A DNA stretch of 64,000 nt from an uncultured Collinsella sp. (GTDB lineage: Bacteria > Actinomycetota > Coriobacteriia > Coriobacteriales > Coriobacteriaceae). Location: contig CABUNB010000002.1 in assembly GCA_902492755.1 (NCBI GenBank), forward strand, positions 13,774 to 77,773, read 5' to 3'. A program made the translations under genes and the position numbers. The notes beneath the pieces are model-generated. The model had not been told where the DNA came from and ran no database searches. It worked only from the letters and a program-made list of their open reading frames with translations. Positions 8,334-17,113 of the stretch are shown here, piece by piece. The first letter of the stretch is position 1. Each line of letters opens with the position of its first letter.

Positions 8334-8359
8334 ATGAGCTCACTCAACAGCAGCGAGTC

Positions 8360-8647
8360 TTAGGCCTGGTTGCCAAAGACCTCGATGGTGTCGCCCTCGG
8401 CCAGCGTGACGATGGCCTTCTTCCAAGAACGGGTCTTGCCGGCGACATAGCGCACGCGCTTGGTCTTGGGCTTGACCGTCAGGGTGTTCACGCGAACGAC
8501 CTTGACGCCGAAGATCTCCTCGACAGCGTCCTTGATCTGATACTTGTTAGCATCCTTGGCGACCTCGAACGTGTACTTGTTCAGCTCCATGCCGGAGAAG
8601 GAACGCTCGGACACGATCGGACGGATGATGATCTCGTGGGCGGTCAT
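8360..8647 (-). CDS. rplW: 50S ribosomal protein L23 (uL23)
   Basis: 95 aa. Position and sequence (IIRPIVSERS...YTFEVAKDANK) fit L23. Confidence 0.93.
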   Translation of the reverse strand: MTAHEIIIRPIVSERSFSGMELNKYTFEVAKDANKYQIKDAVEEIFGVKVVRVNTLTVKPKTKRVRYVAGKTRSWKKAIVTLAEGDTIEVFGNQA

Positions 8648-9274
8648 TTATGCAAGCACCTCCCCAAAGTGAGCGGCGATGTCGGCGGGCATCAGCACAG
8701 CGTTGTTGTTGACGAGATCGTAGGTGTTGGCCTCGTCAGCGGTGATGATGAACGTCTTGGGAATGTTGCGGAACGACAGGTAGGCGTTGACGTCCTCATC
8801 GCGAACGATGATGGTCAGACGCTTGCCCTCAAGGCCGAGAGCCTTGAGCATGGCGACGGCAGCCTTGGTGGAAGGCTTCTCGAAGCCGTAGTCGTCGACG
8901 AGCACGAGCTCGCCATCGGCCAGCTTGGCGGACAGCGCGGAGCGCATAGCCAGCTTGACCTCCTTGTTGTTCATACGCTTAGCGTAGGAACGGGGCTTGG
9001 GGGCGAAGACGACGCCACCGTGACGCCACTGGGCAGCACGGATGGAACCCTGGCGGGCACGGCCGGTGCCCTTCTGACGCCAAGGCTTCTTGCCGCCACC
9101 GGAAACCTCAGAGCGGCCCTTAGCAGACTGGGTGCCCTGACGCCAAGAGGCCATCTGGCACTTGACGATGTGGTGCATAACGTGGATGTTCGGCTCGATG
9201 CCGTACACCTCAGCGGCGAGCTCGGCCTCGGCGACCTTCTTGCCCTCGCTGTTCTTTACTTCAAACTTTGCCAT
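8648..9274 (-). CDS. rplD: 50S ribosomal protein L4 (uL4)
   Basis: 208 aa with the KPWRQKGTGRARQGS motif. Confidence 0.95.
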   Translation of the reverse strand: MAKFEVKNSEGKKVAEAELAAEVYGIEPNIHVMHHIVKCQMASWRQGTQSAKGRSEVSGGGKKPWRQKGTGRARQGSIRAAQWRHGGVVFAPKPRSYAKRMNNKEVKLAMRSALSAKLADGELVLVDDYGFEKPSTKAAVAMLKALGLEGKRLTIIVRDEDVNAYLSFRNIPKTFIITADEANTYDLVNNNAVLMPADIAAHFGEVLA

Positions 9275-9320
9275 TTAAGTGTTCTCCTTGGTATGACGCT
9301 GGGCTAAATGGGCTGGGCCC

Positions 9321-9941
9321 TTAGGCCATACGGATGGCGACGAGACCATTCTTGGCACCCGGGACAGCGCCCTTGACCAAGATGAGGTTCTGCTCGGCAT
9401 CGATGCGGACAACGGAAAGGTTCTTGACGGTAACGCGCTCGTTACCCATGTGACCGGCCATCTTGACGCCCTTGAGGACGCGCGCAGGATAGGCGCACTG
9501 ACCGATAGAACCGGGGTGACGCTGGAAGTGAGAACCATGCGTCATAGGACCGCGGCGCTGACCCCAGCGCTTGATGCGACCCTGGAAGCCCTTACCCTTG
9601 GAGGTACCGATGACGTCGACCTTCTCGACATCAGCGAAATCAGCGACGGTGACGACCTCGCCGACCTTGTGCTCCTCGCCGTTCTCGACGCGAACCTCAC
9701 GAAGGAAGCGGACAGGCTCGACGCCAGCCTTGGCGAAGTGACCAGCCATGGGCTTGTTCACGTTCTTGGCCTTGATGTCGCCGAAACCGATCTGGACGGC
9801 GTCATAGCCGTCGGTTGCCTGAGTTTTAACCTGCGAGACAGCGCAGGGGCCAGCCTGGATGACCGTGACGGGAACGACGTTGTCGTCCTCGTCCCAAACC
9901 TGGGTCATGCCAATCTTGCGGCCGAGAATCATGCTGATCAA
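9321..9941 (-). CDS. rplC: 50S ribosomal protein L3 (uL3)
   Basis: 206 aa from the TTG at 9941; an alternative ATG lies at 9932. [13 protein letters not shown] and FQGRIKRWG motifs are present. Confidence 0.93.
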   Translation of the reverse strand: MISMILGRKIGMTQVWDEDDNVVPVTVIQAGPCAVSQVKTQATDGYDAVQIGFGDIKAKNVNKPMAGHFAKAGVEPVRFLREVRVENGEEHKVGEVVTVADFADVEKVDVIGTSKGKGFQGRIKRWGQRRGPMTHGSHFQRHPGSIGQCAYPARVLKGVKMAGHMGNERVTVKNLSVVRIDAEQNLILVKGAVPGAKNGLVAIRMA

Positions 9942-10124
9942 GATATGATCCCAACTCTCGCGTGGTCTTGGGACAATGCGTACACCACCGAGCGTACGCC
10001 CCTAGAGGACCACTACTTACACGACGTGCTCCCCAGCCTTGTATTTCGCCCGGACTACCTGACAACCCTATTAAGCAGGCATTTTGTCCAGCCAGAATAC
10101 TCCCCTGGTTTCACACAGCTGTTT

Positions 10125-10153
10125 AGTATACACGGCTGCGGGCGTATCCATCG
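10125..10153 (-). promoter_or_regulatory. Candidate promoter of the rplC operon (-10 TATACT, weak -35)
   Basis: The minus strand reads ..CGATGG-N17-TATACT. The region shares a GGATACGCCCG block with the rpsL upstream region. It would give a leader of about 175 nt. Confidence 0.3.
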
Positions 10154-10202
10154 AGATTCATATTTCACTCACATTGTTTACGCAGGTAAAGTGCGTGGAT
10201 GG

Positions 10203-10353
10203 CTCCTGGGCACGGCGGAGGGCCGGAGAAATATATTAAGGTCCCTGCTCTACAGTCCTGCGCAAGACGGAGAGCACATTAAGTGCTCTCCTTTGCGTGC
10301 GGAACTCGCGATGACCTTAATATATTTCTCCGGCCCTCCGCCGTGCTCGGGAG
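10203..10353. repeat. Long quasi-palindrome A: 41-bp arms around a conserved asymmetric core (family A/B/C)
   Basis: Arms 10203-10243/10313-10353 pair at 39/41 Watson-Crick positions plus two G-T pairs. Core 10244-10312 reads CTGCTCTACAGTCCTG..GGAGAGCAC-ATTAA-GTGCTCTCC..CGTGCGGAACTCGCGA. Confidence 0.85.
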
Positions 10354-10390
10354 ACGACACGTTGATGTCTGCTTAACTCTGCTCGCTCAG

Positions 10391-11017
10391 CTAATTACTT
10401 TGTTGAGGATCGATGATTTGCTGCAAGATGAACTTGGATTGGGGCGCGTCGCCTTCTTCTCCCGACTTTGCCTCATCAAAATCGAAGATCATGATGGCGC
10501 AGTTGGGGAGTTTTGTTGGGAGCTCGAAGCCCTCTGGGGCTGCAGCCTTGATGAATTGGCGGCTGGCGCTTCCATGGCTTACTGCTAGGAGGGTTTCGAT
10601 GCCCCCGGCGCCCATGAGATTGGTGAGGGTGCCTACCATGCGCTCCTGCAGGGCATGGCTTCCTTCTCCGCCAAATGGGATCAGGTCCTCGCCGGGGTCC
10701 CAGACGTCGGTGGGTAGGGCGTCGTGGGGGCCCTCTTCGAAGGTGCCGTAGCAGCGCTCGATAATGCCTTCGCAGGGCTCAACGTCAGCGTCCGGGCCAA
10801 AGAGTTCGGTTGCGACGAGCTGAGCTGTGTCCATGGCTCGGCCTAAGGGCGAAGAGACCACTTTGTCGGGAACGACGTTGTGGGCTTTGAGCCACGCGGC
10901 TGCCATCCCGGCTTGCTGACGGCCCAGGTCGGTCAGCGGTGAATCGCAGCGGCCCTGGACCAGCTTTTTGACGTTGAACTCCGTCTGACCGTGGCGGAGT
11001 AGATACAGCTTCTTCAT
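10391..11017 (-). CDS. Histidine phosphatase (phosphoglycerate mutase-like) family protein
   Basis: 208 aa with the N-terminal catalytic motif LLRHGQTEFN and a later SHG motif. Confidence 0.85.
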   Translation of the reverse strand: MKKLYLLRHGQTEFNVKKLVQGRCDSPLTDLGRQQAGMAAAWLKAHNVVPDKVVSSPLGRAMDTAQLVATELFGPDADVEPCEGIIERCYGTFEEGPHDALPTDVWDPGEDLIPFGGEGSHALQERMVGTLTNLMGAGGIETLLAVSHGSASRQFIKAAAPEGFELPTKLPNCAIMIFDFDEAKSGEEGDAPQSKFILQQIIDPQQSN

Positions 11018-11056
11018 GCTCTCCCCTTCTACACCAGTTGCTTTATCGGCGCGGCC

Positions 11057-12211
11057 CTACTCGTGGGTATGGCCGACATAGTCCTCGTCGATCGTAATCT
11101 TGGCAATCGACTTGGGATATTCCGATTCGACCCGTTGTGCCAGCGTGTGCTTTAGATCCTCGGCGCTCATCGCCAAATCCGAGGGTCGCACGCAGTCAAA
11201 AATCACATTGGTGTGCGTGGGGCCCGGTACGCAACGCAAGTCGTGGATCGAGAGGCGGCTATCAATCTCTTGAGCCATAGCGTTGATGCGCAGACGCATG
11301 CTCGCCACCTTTGGATCGTCGGTCACGATGGGATCGTAATGGAGCGTGACGATCATGCCGTCTTCGACCCTAAACGACTGCTCGATGTTATCGAGCGTGT
11401 CGTGACTTTCCAGCGGGCTGGCCTCAGCCGCCATCTCGGCGTGGGCACTTGCGAACTTTCTGCCTGGGCCGTAGTCGTGAACCATAAGGTCGTGGACGCC
11501 CAAAACGCCGGGGTAGCTCATGATCTTGTCTCGGATATGTTTGACCAGCTTGGGATCGGGCGCCTGGCCCAAAAGCGGGCTCACCGTATCCTGGATGAGC
11601 TCAAAACCGCTCCAGCCGATATAGGCGCCAACGGCAAGGCCGACCCATGCGTCAAGATTGATATGCGTCACCTGGGAAACAATCGCGCACGCCAGCACGG
11701 CGCCCGTGGCTAGGACATCGTTTTTGGAATCCTGAGCGGTCGCATGCAACGTCTCGGACTCAATGCGGTCACCGAGCTTTTGGTTGAGGGCCGCCATCCA
11801 CAGCTTTACAACCATCGAAAGTGCCAGGACTGCCACCAGGGCAAGCGAGAACTCGACAGGCTCCGGGTTGACGATACGCTCCACCGAGGACTTCACCAGT
11901 TCGATGCCAATAAGCAGCACGAGCGCCGCCACAACCAGACCCGAGAGATACTCGTAGCGGCCATGGCCGTAAGGATGCTCGGGATCCGCCGGCTTGCTCG
12001 CCAGCTTAAAGCCCAGCACGCTCACGATATTCGAGCTGGCATCGGACAGGTTGTTCATGGCATCCGCCACAATCGAAACCGATCCCGACAGCACACCAAT
12101 TGCGCCCTTCGCAGCACAAAGCGCAACATTAGCGAGAATACACACCATGCCCGTCAACGTGCCCACGCGCGCACGGTCGCCCTGCGCGCGCTTAACAATC
12201 CACTCGACCAT
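11057..12211 (-). CDS. Cation diffusion facilitator (CDF) family metal efflux transporter
   Basis: 384 aa. Six predicted TM segments are followed by a cytoplasmic domain. Sequence patterns (ADAMNNLSDA, HPYGHGRYE) are typical of CDF proteins. Confidence 0.8.
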   Translation of the reverse strand: MVEWIVKRAQGDRARVGTLTGMVCILANVALCAAKGAIGVLSGSVSIVADAMNNLSDASSNIVSVLGFKLASKPADPEHPYGHGRYEYLSGLVVAALVLLIGIELVKSSVERIVNPEPVEFSLALVAVLALSMVVKLWMAALNQKLGDRIESETLHATAQDSKNDVLATGAVLACAIVSQVTHINLDAWVGLAVGAYIGWSGFELIQDTVSPLLGQAPDPKLVKHIRDKIMSYPGVLGVHDLMVHDYGPGRKFASAHAEMAAEASPLESHDTLDNIEQSFRVEDGMIVTLHYDPIVTDDPKVASMRLRINAMAQEIDSRLSIHDLRCVPGPTHTNVIFDCVRPSDLAMSAEDLKHTLAQRVESEYPKSIAKITIDEDYVGHTHE

Positions 12212-12287
12212 CTACATCCGCCCCCACGGTACTGCCTATATATCTATTGCTCAAACGGATTGTAGTGTAGCCACTTTGTCCTTCAGA

Positions 12288-12323
12288 TACAAAAAGGCCG
12301 CAACCCACACGGGCCACGGCCTT
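12288..12323 (-). terminator. Rho-independent terminator after the PTS EIIC gene
   Basis: Stem AAGGCCG/CGGCCTT with an inner CCC/GGG pairing, followed on the minus strand by TTTTTGT. Confidence 0.6.
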
Positions 12324-12361
12324 GGAATATGACAAAGGAATCGTCCTTTTGTCACACAGGT

Positions 12362-13600
12362 TTATGCGCTTGCTTCAGCAGCGCTCGCCACTGTTTCGGG
12401 CGAATCGGCTTCGTCTTCTGCCACCTGCCCCTTCGTCGGTACCACGCCAAAGCAGTAGCTCAGCGCCGCAGACACCGCAAATGCCACACCGCCGGCAGCG
12501 CAGCACCACAGCAGGTTCGAGATGCCGCCCGTGGCAAAGCCAATGACCATGAGGACATTCGTCATGCCGATGGTATAGGCCGTAACGTGGCCCACGGCCG
12601 CAACAAGGCCTCCAACGGCGCCGCCAATGGCCATGCACGTCAGGCACCTGCCATATTTAAAGCCGCAACCGTACAGCGCCGGCTCGCTTACGCCGCCAAG
12701 AACACCCGAGATTGAATAGCCCAGCATGAGCGCCTTCTCGTCCTTATCCGCAACGCGGAGCGACGCGCCAAAAGGCATGCCCCAAACGGCGAACGTTGCC
12801 ATCGTCGCGGCGATCAGGATGCACGAATCCGTTCCCACACTCATAAACTGCGCATAGGCGAGCGATAGGACAACGTTGCTGACGCCGGCGATCTTAAGGA
12901 ACTCCCAGCCCGCAGCAAGCCCCATGAGCGTGAGCAGCGACACGATGCCACCGGAATTGCCAAGCATAAACATAAGCTGGCCCAACAGCATGCCCAGATA
13001 GCTACCCGCCGGCGCCGTAATGCACAGCGAAACCGGAACCATGACAAGCATGGTTGCAAACGGAACGAACGAAAACGCCACGGCCTTAGGGATAACGCGC
13101 TGAAAGAAACACTCCACTCGCCATAGCACGGGCACCGAGATGAGAACCGGAATAACAGTCGTCGTGTAATCGTTGACCGGCGCGGGAAGCAGACCATACA
13201 CGGAAGTCATCGCTGCCCCCGTCGTCGATGCGGCATCGACGAGCTTAAGCAGGTCGGGCGCAATCAATACGCCGCCCAACATCATGCCCAACTGCTCCGA
13301 GCAACCGAGCTGGCGGGCGGCCGCCCAACCAAGATAAATGGGCAAAAAGTAGTAGCCGGCGTTGTAGAGCCAACTGTAGAACAGGCGATAGATTTCGGAA
13401 TCGGCAGACCACAGCCCCAGCATGCCTTCGCCCATAATGACGGCGACGGTGCGGAACAACGCCGCGCAAACAATAAAGAGCAGCGCCGACATCATGCTTT
13501 TGGACAGATAGTCCACCACGGCCATGGCGTTTGATGAAACCGTCGTTGTAAACGAGGTGTTAGAACCTTGTGACATGGAACGCCTTTCCCAATGTGACAT
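12362..13600 (-). CDS. PTS sugar transporter, EIIC-only component (glucose/beta-glucoside superfamily-like)
   Basis: 412 aa polytopic membrane protein whose composition and motifs resemble PTS EIIC. No EIIB or EIIA domain is present. An alternative start lies at 13576. Confidence 0.6.
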   Translation of the reverse strand: MSHWERRSMSQGSNTSFTTTVSSNAMAVVDYLSKSMMSALLFIVCAALFRTVAVIMGEGMLGLWSADSEIYRLFYSWLYNAGYYFLPIYLGWAAARQLGCSEQLGMMLGGVLIAPDLLKLVDAASTTGAAMTSVYGLLPAPVNDYTTTVIPVLISVPVLWRVECFFQRVIPKAVAFSFVPFATMLVMVPVSLCITAPAGSYLGMLLGQLMFMLGNSGGIVSLLTLMGLAAGWEFLKIAGVSNVVLSLAYAQFMSVGTDSCILIAATMATFAVWGMPFGASLRVADKDEKALMLGYSISGVLGGVSEPALYGCGFKYGRCLTCMAIGGAVGGLVAAVGHVTAYTIGMTNVLMVIGFATGGISNLLWCCAAGGVAFAVSAALSYCFGVVPTKGQVAEDEADSPETVASAAEASA

Positions 13601-13616
13601 GCGGGCTGACCCTTTG

Positions 13617-15341
13617 TCACATCGTGCGGTAATGACCGATTGCGCGGTACTTTTCGTAGCGGAGGTTTGTGAGGGTCACGTCGTCGAGCTGCCCAAGCGT
13701 ATCGAAGGCGCCGAATGCCGAGGACATGACCGCACCGGCGATCTCCTCATGCGACAGGCCCTTATCGTCAACAATGCCGTCGATGATGCCGAGCGCCAGT
13801 AGATCGGGGGCCGTGAGCTTCAGCGCCTCGGCGGCCTCATTCGCGCGCTCGGTATCCTTCCACAGGATCGACGCACAGGCCTCGGGACTTACGGCCGAAT
13901 AGGCCGAACTCGAGAGCATCAGGATGCGGTCGGCCACGGACAACGCCAGCGCGCCACCAGAGCCGCCCTCGCCTGTCACCACCGAGACAATCGGCGTCTT
14001 AAGGCCGCTCATCTCCATGAGATTCTGGGCAATCGCCTCGCCCTGGCCGCGCTCCTCGGCACCGATGCCGCAAAACGCACCCGAAGTATCGACCAGGCAC
14101 AGAACCGGTCGGCCAAACTTTTCGGCCTGGCGCATAAGGCGACGCGCTTTGCGGTAACCCTCGGGATGCGCCATGCCAAAGTTGCGGCGCATGCGCTCTT
14201 TGGTCGTGGTGCCGCGCTCGATGGCGATAACCGTCACGGGACGTCCGTCTTTCCAGCCAATGCCAGCCACCACAGCGGCGTCGTCGCCAAAGTAACGGTC
14301 GCCGTGCAGCTGCACAAATCCATCCAAGCCCAGCAAGATCATCTCGCCCGCCGTGGCACGATCTGCCGAGCGGGTCTGCTTGACAATCTCGATCGCGGTT
14401 TTTGGTACCGCCGAGCGCTTAAACAAGTGTCCCAGCTTTTTGCCGCGGCGACCCGCATGCACGATCTCATGCGGTGCCCCCAGGCCGGGCGCGTGCCCTT
14501 CGTGCAGCGCCAGCAGCTCGCCTACCGTGAGCGCAATCTCGCCACGCGGAACAACGGCATCGCAAAAGCCGTGCTCCAGCAAAAACTCGGAGCGCTGGAA
14601 TCCCTTGGGCAGGCGCTTGTGCATGTTCTGCTCGATCACGCGCGGGCCGGCAAATGCCGTCAGGGCATCGGGTTCGGCCAGGATAATGTCGCCCTCCATG
14701 GCAAAGCTCGCGGTTACGCCTCCGGTCGTGGGGTCGGTGAGCACCGTGATATACAGGCCGCCCGCCTCGCTGTGGCGCCTAACCGCCGCAGAAATCTTGG
14801 CCATCTGCATGAGCGATGTCACGCCCTCTTGCATGCGCGCACCGCCCGAAACGGTAAAGCCGACAACTGGCAATCCCAGTTCGGTCGCACGCTCAAATGT
14901 GCGACAGATCTTCTCACCCACCACGGAGCCCATCGAGCCCATCATAAAGTTGGCGTCCATAAAGAAGAGCGCCGTATCGCATCCGCAGATTTTGCCCCTG
15001 CCGCACACAACGGCATCGCGTTCGCCCGAACGCTCGCCCGCGCTCTTAAGCTTGTCGGCATAGCCGGGAAACGAGAGGAAGTCCTCCGACGCCAGACTGG
15101 CATCCCATTCCTCAAACGTGCCCTCGTCAACCGTCATGCGCATGCGCGCGCGACCGCTCACGCGAAAGTGTTTGCCGCAACGAGGGCAGACCTCGAGGTT
15201 GTCGTGCAGGCGTGCCTCATCGATCACACGGCGGCACTCCGGGCACTTGATAAACACGTGGCGCGCGGGAAACTCGGCGCACGACTCGGTCATCGGCCCC
15301 TCGAGGACGTTGACCGTCTTCGCTTTTCTATTCATCAGCAT
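13617..15341 (-). CDS. accD/accA: Acetyl-CoA carboxylase carboxyltransferase, fused beta-alpha subunits (AccD-AccA)
   Basis: 574 aa. The N-terminal half has the AccD zinc ribbon (CPECRRV...CPRCGKHFRV). The C-terminal half is AccA-like (LCLVDTSGAFCGIGAEERGQGEAIA). Confidence 0.9.
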   Translation of the reverse strand: MLMNRKAKTVNVLEGPMTESCAEFPARHVFIKCPECRRVIDEARLHDNLEVCPRCGKHFRVSGRARMRMTVDEGTFEEWDASLASEDFLSFPGYADKLKSAGERSGERDAVVCGRGKICGCDTALFFMDANFMMGSMGSVVGEKICRTFERATELGLPVVGFTVSGGARMQEGVTSLMQMAKISAAVRRHSEAGGLYITVLTDPTTGGVTASFAMEGDIILAEPDALTAFAGPRVIEQNMHKRLPKGFQRSEFLLEHGFCDAVVPRGEIALTVGELLALHEGHAPGLGAPHEIVHAGRRGKKLGHLFKRSAVPKTAIEIVKQTRSADRATAGEMILLGLDGFVQLHGDRYFGDDAAVVAGIGWKDGRPVTVIAIERGTTTKERMRRNFGMAHPEGYRKARRLMRQAEKFGRPVLCLVDTSGAFCGIGAEERGQGEAIAQNLMEMSGLKTPIVSVVTGEGGSGGALALSVADRILMLSSSAYSAVSPEACASILWKDTERANEAAEALKLTAPDLLALGIIDGIVDDKGLSHEEIAGAVMSSAFGAFDTLGQLDDVTLTNLRYEKYRAIGHYRTM

Positions 15342-16671
15342 AGAGATGCCCCATCAGATCGGTGTGGTACATACCCGACAAGAACTCGTCGTTTGCCAGC
15401 ACGTCGAGCTGAAGCTCGCTGTTTTCGCTCACGCCCTCAATCACGAGCTCGCCCAGGGCCGAGCGCATCTTGCGAATGGCGCCGTCACGCGTGGGCGCAC
15501 ACACGATGAGCTTGCCGAGCATGGAGTCGTAGTACGGCGGAACTTTCGCACCGGTAAACATGGCGGAATCCCAGCGCACGCGCGGGCCACCCGGCACACG
15601 CAACGCGGTGACCGTTCCGCACGACGGCAGAAAGTCCGGCGTTTCGGCATTGATGCGGCACTCCATGGCGTGGTTGCGCACCGGCATGTCCTCCTGCTCA
15701 AAGGGCAGAGGCTGGCCGGCTGCCACGCGCAGCTGCCACTTGACCAAGTCGGTATCGGTTACAAACTCTGTAACCGGATGCTCCACCTGCAAGCGCGTGT
15801 TCATTTCCATAAAGTAGAAATTGCCGTCGTCCGAATACAGGAACTCAATGGTGCCAGCGCCCTCATAGCCAACGGCACGAGCCAGGTCGCGCGCGGCCTT
15901 GTGCATGCGCGCGCGAATATCATCGCGTCCGTCGAGGCACGGCGCGGGACTCTCCTCAATCAGCTTTTGGTTGCGGCGCTGCACCGAGCACTCGCGCTCG
16001 CCGAGCGAAAACACATGGCCCTGCTTATCGGCCATAATCTGCACCTCAACGTGATGCGCCGGCGCGACGAACTTCTCCATGTAGCACTCGCCGTCGCCAA
16101 AAACGACCTCGCCCTCGGCACGCGCCTCGATGAACGCCTTTGCCGCATCTTCCACGCGCTCGACCTTGCGAATGCCGCGGCCGCCACCGCCTGCGCGCGC
16201 CTTGATGAGCACGGGGCAGCCGATGCGCTCAGCCTCGGCCGTCGCCTCCTTGGGGCTTTTGAGCAAATCGCAGCCCGGAACGATGGGCACGCCCGCCGCG
16301 GCAGCCGTTCGGCGTGCGGCGTCCTTGTCGCCCATGCTGTCGATGACCTCGGCCGAGGGACCAACAAACGCCAGACCGTACTTGTCGCAGTCGCGCACGA
16401 AGCTCGCCTTCTCGGAGAAAAAGCCATAGCCGGGATGAATTGCCTTAGCTCCCGACTTCACGGCACAGGTGAGCACGGCATCGTCGTTGAGGTAGCTCTC
16501 GGCAAGACGCGGGCCGCCGATGCAATACGCCTCGTCGGCAAGCTGCACGTGCAGCGCGTCCGCATCGGCCGTGGAATAAACGGCGACGGTCTTGATGCCC
16601 ATATCGCGGCACGCGCGGATAACACGGACCGCGACTTCGCCGCGGTTGGCGATGAGCACTTTGTCGAACAT
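15328..16671 (-). CDS. accC: Acetyl-CoA carboxylase biotin carboxylase subunit
   Basis: ORF 15328..16890 trimmed to the ATG at 16671 (MFDKVLIANRGEVAVRVIRAC), with AAGGAAGG upstream. The ATP-grasp region is conserved. Confidence 0.93.
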   Translation of the reverse strand: MFDKVLIANRGEVAVRVIRACRDMGIKTVAVYSTADADALHVQLADEAYCIGGPRLAESYLNDDAVLTCAVKSGAKAIHPGYGFFSEKASFVRDCDKYGLAFVGPSAEVIDSMGDKDAARRTAAAAGVPIVPGCDLLKSPKEATAEAERIGCPVLIKARAGGGGRGIRKVERVEDAAKAFIEARAEGEVVFGDGECYMEKFVAPAHHVEVQIMADKQGHVFSLGERECSVQRRNQKLIEESPAPCLDGRDDIRARMHKAARDLARAVGYEGAGTIEFLYSDDGNFYFMEMNTRLQVEHPVTEFVTDTDLVKWQLRVAAGQPLPFEQEDMPVRNHAMECRINAETPDFLPSCGTVTALRVPGGPRVRWDSAMFTGAKVPPYYDSMLGKLIVCAPTRDGAIRKMRSALGELVIEGVSENSELQLDVLANDEFLSGMYHTDLMGHLYADE

Positions 16672-16681
16672 GAAGCCTTCC

Positions 16682-17113
16682 TTACCTTTCGTGCATGAGT
16701 GCAAAAGACATATCGGCGCGGCAGCAAACCTCACCGTTGACGCTCGCGGTACCCGTCGCAAAGCGGAACGGCCCGCGCGCACGCGTGATGGAGCACACCA
16801 GATCCACCGTGTCGCCCGGGCGCACCGGACGCTTAAAGCGCACCTTGTCCAGACTCGTGTAGAACGGCGTCGCGCCGCGCGCCTCCTCATCGCCCATCAG
16901 CAGCACGCAGCAGTTCTGGGCGAGCATCTCGCACTGAATCACGCCGGGGACGACCGGGTTTCCCGGAAAATGCCCCTGCAAAAAGTACTCGTCGCCCGTA
17001 ATCGTGATCTTGCCGTGGGCCTCGTCGCCCACCAGCTCGGCTTCGCCGAGCAAAAGCATCGGCTCGCGATGCGGCAACAGCTTCTTGAGCTCTTCTTTGT
17101 TCATGGATATCAC
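16682..17113 (-). CDS. fabZ: 3-hydroxyacyl-ACP dehydratase FabZ
   Basis: 143 aa with LPHREPMLLL and GHFPGNPVVPGV motifs. GTG start at 17113, or an ATG at 17104 with AGGTGA upstream. Confidence 0.92.
   Translation of the reverse strand: MISMNKEELKKLLPHREPMLLLGEAELVGDEAHGKITITGDEYFLQGHFPGNPVVPGVIQCEMLAQNCCVLLMGDEEARGATPFYTSLDKVRFKRPVRPGDTVDLVCSITRARGPFRFATGTASVNGEVCCRADMSFALMHER

Noticed and set aside
10203-10353. Elements A/B/C as classical ribosomal-protein autoregulatory leaders (S10/L4, S12, L10 leaders) or as known self-cleaving ribozymes
   Set aside because: One shared core upstream of three different operons contradicts protein-specific leaders. The best promoter candidates lie between the elements and the genes, and a separate attenuator exists in the rplJ leader. 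I found no hammerhead (CUGANGA..GAAA), twister, pistol or HDV-like core. Rejection of known Rfam families is by memory only and needs a cmscan.
13585-13620. Inverted repeat ATGTGACA-N15-TGTCACAT between accDA and the PTS EIIC gene, and TGACAAAGGA/TCCTTTTGTCA at 12330-12354
   Set aside because: Both are short and overlap stop or start codons of adjacent genes. I could not link them to a regulator or to other copies, so support is insufficient to call them operators.
15328-16890. N-terminal extensions in the ORF track for accC, fabD, fabH, rplB, rplL, galU, the oxidoreductase, GH4, PTS EIICB, feoAB, the esterase, EIIA, asnS and the ABC binding protein
   Set aside because: The extensions are Arg/Cys-rich or otherwise unlike the families concerned. 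They overlap upstream genes or intergenic elements. Internal starts coincide with canonical family N-termini and good Shine-Dalgarno sequences, so the trimmed coordinates were reported.
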